DNA of 62,879 bases, filler included, from Octopus bimaculoides (GCF_001194135.2; 9 parts of 9 records of this genome joined end to end with filler, not necessarily neighbours in it); one strand, 5' to 3'. Positions 26,720 through 38,239 are shown, counted from the whole stretch's first letter. The notes: generated by a model not told the origin, from the letters alone. Numbers and translations: made by a program.

Positions 26720-27230
26720 ACAACATGGATGGATGTCGTAACCAGTAGAGCATCGGGTGAAAATATACTGCAGAATTTATTTACTGTTTTTCACGTTCTA
26801 AGTTCAAAACCCTCTGAAATTAACTTTGTGTGTCATCTTTTCGGGCCCGGGAATAATGTTAAGTACTGGAATCAATATAATCACCCGCTGTAATCCCTGA
26901 AATTTGTAACGCTGGATTTTCAGTATCATTAGAGCGTCATAAAAAAATATCTTAAGGTTTTTCTTCCGTCTCTTTACATTCTAAGTTCAAATCCTACTGA
27001 GGCTAACTTTGTCTTTCATGCTTTTGGAGTCAATGAAATAAAGCATCAGCTAAATACTGGCGTCGATGATGTCGATGAATTCCCTCCCCTGAATCAGAAA
27101 TGATTTTGAAAGGTGATGAGTTGTCATTATCGTTAGGACATCGAACAAAAATGCATTGCAGTATTTGTTAAGGTTCTTTACATTCCGGGTTGAACTTCGC
27201 CTTCATCTTTTCGAAGCTGATAACATAAAG
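26720..27230 (+). mobile_element. Cluster of old, diverged SINE family A copies
   Basis: Repeated ttctaagttcaaa..c..ctga..t.aactttg...tcat.ttttcgg motif at about 26800, 26980 and 27180. Confidence 0.6.
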
Positions 27231-29213
27231 TAGTCTCAACTACAGAAGCAAGCGTATCAAGTTATTTCTACCCACTCAAGACTATGAGTGATGGATGGCC
27301 AAATGATAAAACACTGGGCACTCAATGAGGCCTTCTTTCCATTCTGAGTTCAAAACTGTAGGACGCTCTTATCATTCGTTTTTCCAGGTATCAATTTATT
27401 TCTCACTCATGTCGACTGTACCCTCTGTTTAAACCAAAGACCTTGTGCCTACATCAGAGATTACTAAATATCTGAAATGAGTTATTGCGGGTAAAATGTT
27501 TTTGGTCTATTAACCTAATCGTTAGAAATGAACCAGGTTTTAGTATATTAATCTATACTACTGTATCTTTACATTCATTCGACTGCTTGTCTGAAAATAT
27601 TCAAAATGTTCTGAATTAACACCAATATTTTCAGATTGTTCACTTAATTTGAACTTCACTGGAATTGCATCAGTAATTTCTTGCTCATTCTTTAATTGGA
27701 ATTTAAAGAGAAACATCTAAGTCTGGAATCACTGAACATATTGGGTGTGAAAAGGAAATCATTTTCTGATAAGGGATGACATTTCAATCACTGATAGAAA
27801 ACCAGTGGAAACCTAGGAAAAGAAAGAAACAATACATATAGATTTTGTTAAAATCCTATTCAGTAAACATAGTTCTGAAACCAACTTAAGTCTGCCTTCA
27901 GTCTCCTAAAGACGTAGACACATATTCTCACCACGGGCTTCGGGAAAGTTTTCGTGTACCAAATTCTGTTGCCTAAGATAGCATGCACTCGTACTGAACC
28001 AGGTACTCTATAGCTGCAAAGTGAACTTCTTATAATTACACAGCTACGACTGTACTTGTGATATGGTTTCTAGTTTCGTTTAAACCTATTTCACTTCACT
28101 TTACTTCTGCGGTCTGAATGCTAGAACATCGAATGTCTAGAGCAGTAATGTTGAAATTCTTAACGAATTGTAATTTAATGTGCTCAAGATTTACAAGAAT
28201 CAAATTTGCTTTATATTCTTTGGGTGTCGATAAAAGAAGTGTGAGTAAAGGAAAACGGGTCAAAAAAAAATTCTTGATACGGTAAAACAAAAATCAATAT
28301 CGATGTTGCATAGCTACGAAGACCTAATCTTAATGCTCCTATGAAAATAAAAATCTAAAAGTATGTTCTTTACCCCTATCCATCTTACTTCACTGAAACT
28401 AGCCTATCCTGTCGGAATCTGCATATGCGCACACGTACATGTGTATGTGCCTATGTGCGCCTGTGTATATGTATCTGCAAACAAACACACAAATATGCAC
28501 ATGCAGACCTTGAGAGGATGAGATATGTTGAGTGTAATTAATAAAATGGTTTAATTGCTTTAGCTGAATCACCGATAAGACATGGTAGGATGAGACACAG
28601 GAGGGGAGGTAATTGTGGGATAGTAGCAAAAGACGAAATTTTAAGAGAAAGAAAGAATTTAGGAAGAAAAAAGAATAGGCAAGCTACTTCAAAATGCGAA
28701 TCGTTGTTTGTGTGATAGCTACTGACAGGCATTTGGCCATAAGTGAATCGGAATAAGCAGGAGGGTGAGTAAAGTATGCAATATGATTTCTGGTTCGTAA
28801 TTCTGAAGATCATTTACAAGTTTGCTACGGTAAGAGTAGAACAGGCAAAAATATATAAATATAAATATAAAATATTAAAAAAGAAGTGAGTGAATAAATA
28901 TAAAAGAGAAAGGTTGAATTAAATATAAATGTCGAAGTTCAAGGCTGAATTTAAGGAATTAGAAGTCATCAAGAAAGAATGGTTAGCAAATGATGTGGAA
29001 ATATTTGTTTGCACATGCTCAATGAATTCAGAAACTGACGTAACAACAAGCAGTATTCAGAAAGAGCATATTTCAGTAATTAAAATGTTAAACAAGTTTC
29101 TTGTTACTTTTGCTTTATTGGCTTTCTCTGTTGCTAAGACTGTTTATTTGCCGAAAACCATTTGCTCACACATGCATACACGCATACTCCGCAAGTATAT
29201 GTGCGCGAGAATG

Positions 29214-29250
<37 letters not shown>

Positions 29251-29350
29251 NNNNNNNNNNNNNNNNNNNNNNNNNNNNNNNNNNNNNNNNNNNNTTAATT
29301 AATTAANNNNNNNNNNNNNNNNNNNNNNNNNNNNNNNNNNNNNNNNNNNN

Positions 29351-29600
29351 CATCATCGTTTAACGTCCGCTTTCCATGCTAGAATGGGTTGGACGATTTG
29401 ACTGAGGACTGGTGAAACCGGATGGCAACACCAGGCTCCAGTCTGATTTGGCAGAGTTTCTACAGCTGGATGCCCTTCCTAACGCCAACCACTCAGAGAG
29501 TGTAGTGGGTGCTTTTACGTGTCACCCGCACGAAAACGGCCACGCTCGAAATGGTGTCTTTTATGTGCCACCCGCACAAGAGCCAGTTCAGGGGCACTGG
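29351..29600 (-). mobile_element. SINE family C 3' part
   Basis: 215/216 identity with 17499-17714 by manual comparison. Confidence 0.8.
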
Positions 29601-29695
29601 TAACGATCGGCACTGGCAATGTATATGTTTAAGTGAATAGATGTTTTGAGATATATGACTGCTAGGAAAATATATCAGATATTGTTATGTTCCCA

Positions 29696-29746
<51 letters not shown>

Positions 29747-29898
29747 AGGCATATACGTATGAATGCACATAAATACAGATGCATCTATATGTATAAATTT
29801 ACACATGTGGGAATTTATGTACGTATACATATATACATACATGTGCATGTGAATATGTACATAAATATGTGCTTATGTATACATGTGTGTGTGTATGC

Positions 29899-29948
<50 letters not shown>

Positions 29949-30219
29949 GTATTTATACACACACACACACACAGACTTGCCCCACTCCACTCAGCTGGCA
30001 AAAATGAGTAGTGCCTGTAATTCAAAAGGACCAGTTTTGTCACATTCTGTGTCACATTGAATCTCCTGCGTCTGTGGAATACTCAAGCCCCTTACACATT
30101 AATCTTACAAGCAGGCTGTTCCATTGACCAGGTCAACTGGACCCTTCATTGTCATAACCAACAGAGTGCCAGTGACTTACAGTGAGCGACACATGTACAC
30201 ATAAATACAAATTAATTTT

Positions 30220-30418
30220 ATTTACATTATTTACATTTGACGGATATTTGTCCTCGACTTGTTTGTTGTTCAAAATTTCCCCAAGACACCTGATGAAGGC
30301 TGGAGGGTACATCAGCCGAAACGTTGTGTTAACAACAAACAAGATGAGGACAAATATCCATCAAATGTAAATAATGTAAATAATGTACATAATTCCTCAT
30401 CTCTTAAATATAGAACAA
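30220..30418 (+). mobile_element. Hammerhead-bearing repeat (family E): 5'-truncated copy preceded by an inverted copy of its own tail
   Basis: 30220-30270 is the reverse complement of 30331-30381 (48/51). The body 30271-30418 matches 42820-42967. Confidence 0.8.
30285..30330 (+). ncRNA. Minimal type-I hammerhead ribozyme motif
   Basis: Stem I GACAC (30285-89) pairs with GUGUU (30326-30); core CUGAUGA (30290-96) plus an extra A; stem II GGCUG (30298-302) with CAGCC (30313-17); GAAA (30318-21); palindromic stem III ACGU (30321-24); predicted cleavage after GUU at 30325. Confidence 0.72.
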
Positions 30419-30664
30419 ATTAATCTCTATAACCCATGTATAGTTGCATATTTACATTATATACAAAATTAACTTGTATGTTAGAAATTACAGTCTTGTT
30501 AGAATTTTTAAAATTCCAAAGAGTAAATTTCCTTACTCTGGTATCTTTCTGACTCCGTCTTCTATATTTCATTTTCATTTCTTCATTTTCCATTAGTTCG
30601 TTGTCTTTCGTGCATTTCATCCAACCATGTTGATTAACAGTCATCATTTTGCTAACTCAATCAT

Positions 30665-31434
30665 CTAATTGAGAATGACAGGTGGATAACCATATTTCGG
30701 CTGCAATGGAACGAACGGGTAGGGTTTCGGTAGGAAGGGAGTGGAACTGCTTCCTTTAATGCTGTTCAATATTCCACCAAAACCAAAAGATCCAGGATTA
30801 ACGATGCGGCTTCCGAACATACCATTACCGTTGCCTACAGAATTGTAAACGTTGGTAGCGTAACCTCCGAATTTGCCTTGATTTGGTTGGCCGTATGGGA
30901 ACCCTCTAAATGGTGGGAATGCCGGTGGCAGGAATGGCGGTAAGAAAGGACCACCCACAGCTCCCCCTGGCCCCATAGTCGGTGGGAACATAGGGTACTT
31001 TGGTTGATAATAGGCTTGTTGTTGCACTTGTCCTCTTTGATCTTTCTGTTGTTGGTTGAAAGGATAGCCAAAAGTAGGTGGAAAAGGGTATCTGTAGACC
31101 GGCTTCATTGGTGGGTATGGGAATGGCGGAATTTGGAATCGAGAAGGAAAGCCATAAGGTTGGGGTGGCCTAAAGCCGTAAGGGTACTGTGCGAAGTGTG
31201 GTGGTAGGACATGCTGGTCAGTCCTGCTGTGCGTAACAGTATGCATGTGGCCATGTGTGTGCTTCGGAACGTGTGTGTGCGGTGGCACCACTTTCGGCAT
31301 ATAAGGGTAATAGGGTTCAGGCTTCGGCTCAGACATTGGTTCTGCAATTGGTTTATTTTCGGCAGTGGGTTTCCATGGGTCAAACTTGTGGTTCTTCAAC
31401 CAATTGTACAAGTACGAAATATCGCCGTTCTTCT
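30665..31434 (-). CDS. Terminal coding exon of a Pro/Tyr/Phe/Gly/His/Gln-rich low-complexity protein (possible structural or extracellular protein); upstream exon(s) not identified
   Basis: About 256 codons open with non-microsatellite, GC-richer codon usage. Canonical acceptor atatccttttttcttctgcag| gives a phase-1 exon start at 31434; stop at 30665-30667. The 31435-31630 part of the listed ORF is intronic microsatellite. Confidence 0.75.
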
Positions 31435-33149
31435 CTGCAGAAGAAAAAAGGATATACATAAATATAAACATACACATAGATGCATATAAATATATATATA
31501 TATACACACACCACACACATATACATATATATATATATGTTTGTGTGAATATACACATATATAATACATATACACATATATAATACACACATATACATAT
31601 ATATATATATGTTTGTGTGAATATACACATATATAATACATATACACATATATNNNNNNNNNNNNNNNNNNNNNNNNNNNNNNNNNNNNNNNNNNNNNNN
31701 NNNNNNNNNNNNNNNNNNNNNNNNNNNNNNNNNNNNNNNNNNNNNNNNNNNNNNNNNNNNNNNNNNNNNNNNNNNNNNNNNNNNNNNNNNNNNNNNNNNN
31801 NNNNNNNNNNNNNNNNNNNNNNNNNNNNNNNNNNNNNNNNNNNNNNNNNNNNNNNNNNNNNNNNNNNNNNNNNNNNNNNNNNNNNNNNNNNNNNNNNNNN
31901 NNNNNNNNNNNNNNNNNNNNNNNNNNNNNNNNNNNNNNNNNNNNNNNNNNNNNNNNNNNNNNNNNNNNNNNNNNNNNNNNNNNNNNNNNNNNNNNNNNNN
32001 NNNNNNNNNNNNNNNNNNNNNNNNNNNNNNNNNNNNNNNNNNNNNNNNNNNNNNNNNNNNNNNNNNNNNNNNNNNNNNNNNNNNNNNNNNNNNNNNNNNN
32101 NNNNNNNNNNNNNNNNNNNNNNNNNNNNNNNNNNNNNNNNNNNNNNNNNNNNNNNNNNNNNNNNNNGGGTCGATCAATAGGGATCGTGTATCACAGTCAA
32201 TGTAAAAAAACGGGGAACAGATTAGGTTTATCCGTGGAGAGAAAAGCCTACGGAAAAGACCACGGTCACCTCAGGCTTTTTTTTTTTTTTAAAGGTACAT
32301 GAAAGTAAGTACCTTTTGTCTCTTTTTGTTACAAGTCTATGCTTAAAATCGTGTCGTCTTTCATTCTTACCATTCTTGCCACATTTACCCATTTTTTATT
32401 GAAACTTTCATTCGACAACAACATAGATAGGTTTCTTTATTAGCCACACAGGGCTCAACACAGAGGGGACAAAATACAAAGACAACAACATAGATAGATA
32501 GATAGATAGATAGATAGATGGATAGATATCTTACGGTATGACGGTTTGGCACCGGTATTTCCTGGATACACTGAAAAAAGAAAGAATACGTACATATAAA
32601 TATATATGCATACGTCTATATGAATGTGTATATAATTATGTGTGTGTGTGTGTGTATGTGTGCATCTGCAGACAGGTTTGTGTATATACATCAATGTAAA
32701 CATGCATGTAAAAAAACAACATAGATTTATAGACAGGCAGACAAACTGAGTGGTAGATAGATAAATGGATAGATACACTGAGAGATGGATAGTATACACA
32801 AAGATATATATATATATATATATATATATGAATATTATATATATATATATANNNNNNNNNNNNNNNNNNNNNNNNNNNNNNNNNNNNNNNNNNNNTTAAT
32901 TAATTAANNNNNNNNNNNNNNNNNNNNNNNNNNNNNNNNNNNNNNNNNNNNATATATACATAAACATGTACATATACTATATATAAATATATACACACAC
33001 AGAAAGACAGCATGTTGAATGTTACAACAGTAATTGTTAGTGTGTAGAATGCAATGTATGTGATACAGGTTCAATTTCTGAATGCACCCATTTACAATAA
33101 TAATAATAATAATAACAACAAGATTCAAATTTAATATTTCTGAAAATAT

Positions 33150-36100
33150 TTATTTGTCATAATGAAAGAAAGCAAAAGGTTGACATCCAAGAATAATTCC
33201 AAAAACCATCAAAGAATTTTCTGAAACATCAAAACCAAGAACTTCAGAGACTTCATTATCATAATTCTTGAGGAGTAAATATTCTGGATTATATTCCAAT
33301 GTCAGGATTTCAATATCTTCAGATGTTTCCTCTTCAATATATCCAAATATTTGATAAATATTGTTTTTTATATCTGTTATATAAACACATTCACCAATTG
33401 TAGTTAGATGAGGTCTTGCAGTATAAAATTCCATATCAAAATATATTCCTCCTATTCTTATCCTCCTCACCAATGACTTTTCCCTGAATCATTCCACAAG
33501 ATAGAAATCATTCCACTTTCCATACTCCTTCTTCTCATCCCTCCTCATCACCAAAAGATGTGACTCCCACATCATCCACCACCACATCTCCCGCCAACCT
33601 TCCCCATCTCCCCGTCTATCCACGACACACTTCATCTTTACATTCCCCATCTTTGATATCAACCACAACCACATAATAAGAGTCAAAGGTATTGTGGTTG
33701 ATGCAAATGTAGTAAACCTTGTTGAGCCATTCTCTTTTGTATTTCTTGTCTCTCTCTTCTTGAGTTATGTCTCTAATATAATAACCACCACACACAAGAT
33801 GATTGTCGTTCTATTTATAAATCCTGTTGTAGTATTTCTCAGTTCTGATGGTTTTTAAACAACAGAGATCCCTGTTGAAGACCCTCATTTCTCTACCAAA
33901 GGCGACAATGAAACGTTCATCTGTCCACCAACAAATGTCTAGTGGTGCTTCATCTTGTTGTTCATGTTGAAGTATGTCCACTGTTGTTGTTGTTGTTCTG
34001 ATTAATGTGAGACTTTCTCGAAACATCAACACACTCACATTCTCATCTAACTTAATTAGTTTACTGTTCCGGTCCCTAATGTCCATCAAATCATAATCAA
34101 CAGGTTCCTCGAATGCAGGAATGGAAAAAGGGACTATTGCTGTTCTATATGGAAGTCTCCTCACTGATATTTCATCAATTCCTGAATTATTAATCTCCGC
34201 TATGTAATTACCACATCTCACCTTTAATCTACCTATTAATTATTTCACCTGATTCACCTCTTCTTCCTCCATCTCCATCTCCTCCTCTGTATTCCAATTT
34301 ATTAATTAATTCATTACTGAATATTTCCTTGTTCGTCTCAGATGTAATGGAAGGGAAACAAAGACCAGAATCAAGATTTAATAACGACACAGATTCCAGA
34401 ACCTTCACTTGGTCCCCATCAATCTTTATGCAATGACATTCAATCAATTCAATATGTTGACACCAGTAAATACCCCCCACTTTTCTCCATATTACACCAT
34501 AAGACTTGTCCAAGCTTTAGATTTCTTCAAATCTTTTCCATTCAGTTGAAATATTTCTTTTCTTTTAGGAACCATGGCCATTATGTGTTTTCCTTGTGTA
34601 AAACACACACCACCAACTAAACTTGCCACATTTCTGTGACATAGCAACTCTCCGTCTTCATCAAATATTTTAACATTTCCATTATTGGCTTTTTCACACA
34701 CAACTGTCTTTCCTTCATCAGAAATATCAAAATCTTTTACTTGAACAGGAAATTCGTCTGTTTGTAAACGAGCAACCGGGAAGCTTTCTCGATTCACCAT
34801 AAACAACCCTTCAACATACAATTCATTCTGTCCCCACCAGGGGCTTCCAACAAACCTTGGTCCTTTACAGTTTATACTGGAGAAATATATTTCATCTTTA
34901 TAAATTCTTTTATTTAAAAATATTCTGTTGTATTCCCCATTTTGGGTCAAACACAAGATGTTTTTATATCCAGATGAACCTAATTATTCCTCCCACTGAC
35001 CCTGAATGTACAAAAAACTGTCATCAATTGTCATCTTGTCATCATTAAAATAATACCACATGTAGTGTCTGACTGAATGTAAATATTGACCATCACTGTT
35101 GAAGAAAATGATGAATCTTTCATTGAAGACAATGATGACATCATCAGCAGTAACTTTAATATTCTTGATGACATCATCATAATTCCCATCTTCGAATCTC
35201 ATTAATAATGTTTCAGGTATGCCTATTTGTTTTATTTCATTCACACTTGGATGGATTTCATCAATATCAACAAAATACAATATAATTATTAAGTTGATTA
35301 TTTGTAACGAGATCATTAACCAACAAATTATGATCGTTTATAGCAAACATACGGCTCTTGTCTGCCAGATAAACAAGCATTTTATCAATATATCCACCGC
35401 AGAGATTGTGGGGACGTTTCACTTGGTACATTAAAACACTGGGGACCATCTGACGACTGCCATGACCACCACTAATGTGCTTGATGAAAGCTTCCGTTTG
35501 GGACTCTGAAACCCTGGGCATCATCTCAATACTACTACTATCATCACTACTACTAATACTACCATCACTTGCCACTACTCTGACGATGTCCACCACTATG
35601 ACCACCACCATCTATTCTAGTATTGTGCTGCAAAGCTTTTCCCCTAGTAACAATTAATAGCTTTTGCGTTTCTTTTTCTATTAATGATTTCACAAAAAAA
35701 AAGGGATATTAATTCTATGAATTCTTTCAACTTGATTATAATATTTGATGGCTAAAATATCTAAATGTGATGGTTTATCACAATAACAAACAATTTCACC
35801 TTCACCCATCTTACACACCCGTACATAAGGCTGCCCTAATGATACACTTCTCACTGTCTTTGATAGGTTTCCGATGACCCTTAATTGTTTCTGTAGGGGT
35901 ANNNNNNNNNNNNNNNNNNNNNNNNNNNNNNNNNNNNNNNNNNNNNNNNNNNNNNNNNNNNNNNNNNNNNNNNNNNNNNNNNNNNNNNNNNNNNNNNNNN
36001 NNNNNNNNNNNNNNNNATGTATAACAAGCAATCATGGTTGATGTCGGACACCACCAACTGTCGATTTGCCAGATTACATATTTCGCCAATGACAAGTTTT

Positions 36101-36180
36101 TTGTCATTCTCCTTTTCTTTGAGTCGTAGATTTAGATTTCTGATATAAGGATTTTTCAGGTGTAAACAACAGCCAGACGA
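33150..36180 (-). pseudogene. Decayed continuation of the beta-propeller gene (several more NHL-like propeller repeats)
   Basis: The frame continues past the TAG at 36181 (SSGCCLHLKN...QLVVSDINHDCLLYI). Later segments stay propeller-like (VKDFDISDEGKTVVCEKANNGNVKIFDEDG; PLDICWWTDERFIVAFG). In-frame stops at 34984, 33811, 33616 and 33489 and about 6 frame switches. AATAAA overlaps the last stop at ~33150. Confidence 0.7.
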
Positions 36181-38232
36181 CTAGTCCTGATACTTGTAAA
36201 GAAGGACCCTGTTGAGTTGAGTGTCCGGTAGATAAACAGTCCCTTGGAAAACAGCAATGTGAGGGTGAACAGGGAAAGGCAGTTGCCACTGCCATTTCAT
36301 TTCTCCATATATATCATAACATATCAGAATAGAGTGTCTCTTGAAGAGGACATAAAAATAAACATTATCAGAGTAGATGTGATGGGGAGAGCCATAGGAT
36401 GGAAGGTATTTTTGAAAAAGTTCTTCACCACATGTGGAATAAAATACCATTTTATTTTCGCTTCTATCTACGACTACAAAATTAATTGGAGTTGCAGTAA
36501 TGGTGACATTATAATGTCCCAGAGAAATTCTTTCAATAATATCAACTTTATCTTCGTTGATCAGTAGGATATGGATCTCAGTTTTGTTTTCAGTGGTGGT
36601 CACAGCTAAACACTTATTTAATACAATATGACATATTTCCATGTAATCAGTTTGGACCTTTATTAAAGGACCTTTTCCAAGTTCAGGACAGGTGATATAC
36701 TGAAATCCTTTCATTTCACGATAAAATACCAGGAATCTGTTTGCATTTATTCTACAACAGAAAGAAGGAAGCTCAAGGAAAACTAAATTATTTTGGTTAA
36801 TTATTTCCCCAGTATCAGTGAATAATTTAGCTTTCTTGTTCTTGTAAATTATTAATATAGAAGATGTAGACATAGGTAGAATATTTGTAACGTTATAGCA
36901 ATCGTTAATATAAATATAGTCTTTCAAACTGGGGGTATGTAGCTGATGGTTGTATGACAGTTTGGGCCAAAAGTATTTATTTGTTTCAATGGCATGTGGT
37001 TTGCCAAAATAATCTGTTACCAAAATGGTATCTTTAACAACAGAAATAGAACGGCATTTCCTGCCAATGTCCCTCTTTGTCACACCACCTTTAGCCGAAA
37101 TCCTATAAATGATCTGTCCCTGGAGGACATAGAAATAGCTTTGGTAGAGAGAGATTTTACTTGGGAGGTGCAGAGAATGGGTCTCTACCTCCCATAACTG
37201 TTGGCCATCCACTTTATAACAGATTACTCTGTTAATACTGGAAAATGTAATTAAAAGTATATTCTGGACACCTACAGCAATATCTGTAGGTATTTCTTTG
37301 GTAATGAATTCATTTCGAATTCTGTTATTTTCCCACTCAATTTGGTAAATAGTCTTTCCAAACATTTCTACACCTATGAGTGTAGAATGTTCAAAGTAAG
37401 TCACCATATATAATCCCATCTGTATTCTTTTAATCTTGAAGCTTGTGGGACTAATTAATACAATCATTTTTTGGAAGGGGAGGGTTGCTAGAACCATGTC
37501 TTGACTGATTCTGGTGAAACTGGTAACTGAAGATGGACAATGAACATCATTTCTGTTACCGTCTCTTGTTACACAACATATTGTCATACAATGGCTGGAA
37601 TATGTCACTATTCCATCATGTATGATAATACTGGATATTATTGTGCTTTTCTCAAATTCTTCTCCAGATTCCTTAATCTTTGCTTCTCTGGTCACAACTG
37701 GCCAAAGAGGTCGAAATTTAGTGATTATTTTTGGTGGCTCAATGGTTTTGTGTTTGTCTTGTAGAATATTTCTCTGTAAATAGTGTCCCAGGAACAATTC
37801 TAGTTTTCCAAAAATAATAAATTCTTGATCGTAATCGATTTTTTTAATGTTTTTCATCAAAATTTCTATTTTCTGTGTAAAATCTTTTAGAAAAGTATTT
37901 TTATCCATTCCTATACATTTTAAAAAAATACATATTTCTTCTCGAGAATTTTTCAACAAATTAATTTTGTCTTCATATGCATTAAATCTTGTGTAAAATA
38001 TATGTTTGCCCAAAATATTTCGTTTTCCCACTATTTCCCTCTTTTCACGGTCTCCTTTATGTCTTTTTTGTTTTGTTGTTGACTGAGATGAAGCTCCTTT
38101 CTCTGACATTTCTCTCCTTGAACCCACATCTCTCTCATATTTACACCTTTTATTGTCAACTCCTTCATCCCTTTTCCTTTTTGAGTAACTGACAGCCCTT
38201 TTCTGAGGGGTAGGTTTTGCTTGGTCTTCCAT
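36181..38232 (-). CDS. 683-aa protein: Lys/Arg-rich N-terminus, helical/coiled-coil-like segment and about two NHL/TolB-like six-bladed beta-propellers (TRIM-NHL-like C-terminal architecture, no RING/B-box seen)
   Basis: Uninterrupted 2052-nt ORF in AT-rich DNA. Blade-like repeats (PTDIAVGVQNILLITFSSINRVICYKVDGQQLW; GSPHHIYSDNVYFYVL; HPHIAVFQGTVYLPDTQLNRVLLY). Splice acceptor 7 nt upstream of the ATG. Domain call is by motif recognition only. Confidence 0.78.
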   Translation of the reverse strand: MEDQAKPTPQKRAVSYSKRKRDEGVDNKRCKYERDVGSRREMSEKGASSQSTTKQKRHKGDREKREIVGKRNILGKHIFYTRFNAYEDKINLLKNSREEICIFLKCIGMDKNTFLKDFTQKIEILMKNIKKIDYDQEFIIFGKLELFLGHYLQRNILQDKHKTIEPPKIITKFRPLWPVVTREAKIKESGEEFEKSTIISSIIIHDGIVTYSSHCMTICCVTRDGNRNDVHCPSSVTSFTRISQDMVLATLPFQKMIVLISPTSFKIKRIQMGLYMVTYFEHSTLIGVEMFGKTIYQIEWENNRIRNEFITKEIPTDIAVGVQNILLITFSSINRVICYKVDGQQLWEVETHSLHLPSKISLYQSYFYVLQGQIIYRISAKGGVTKRDIGRKCRSISVVKDTILVTDYFGKPHAIETNKYFWPKLSYNHQLHTPSLKDYIYINDCYNVTNILPMSTSSILIIYKNKKAKLFTDTGEIINQNNLVFLELPSFCCRINANRFLVFYREMKGFQYITCPELGKGPLIKVQTDYMEICHIVLNKCLAVTTTENKTEIHILLINEDKVDIIERISLGHYNVTITATPINFVVVDRSENKMVFYSTCGEELFQKYLPSYGSPHHIYSDNVYFYVLFKRHSILICYDIYGEMKWQWQLPFPVHPHIAVFQGTVYLPDTQLNRVLLYKYQD

Positions 38233-38239
38233 AGTGAAT

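Noticed and set aside
29085-29145. Signal-peptide-like MLNKFLVTFALLAFSVAKT on the + strand
   Set aside because: Opposite strand to the Pro-rich exon, no convincing donor, and T-rich DNA readily yields hydrophobic strings.
31435-31630. N-terminal 65 aa of the listed 321-aa ORF
   Set aside because: TA/CA microsatellite upstream of a canonical splice acceptor; intronic.
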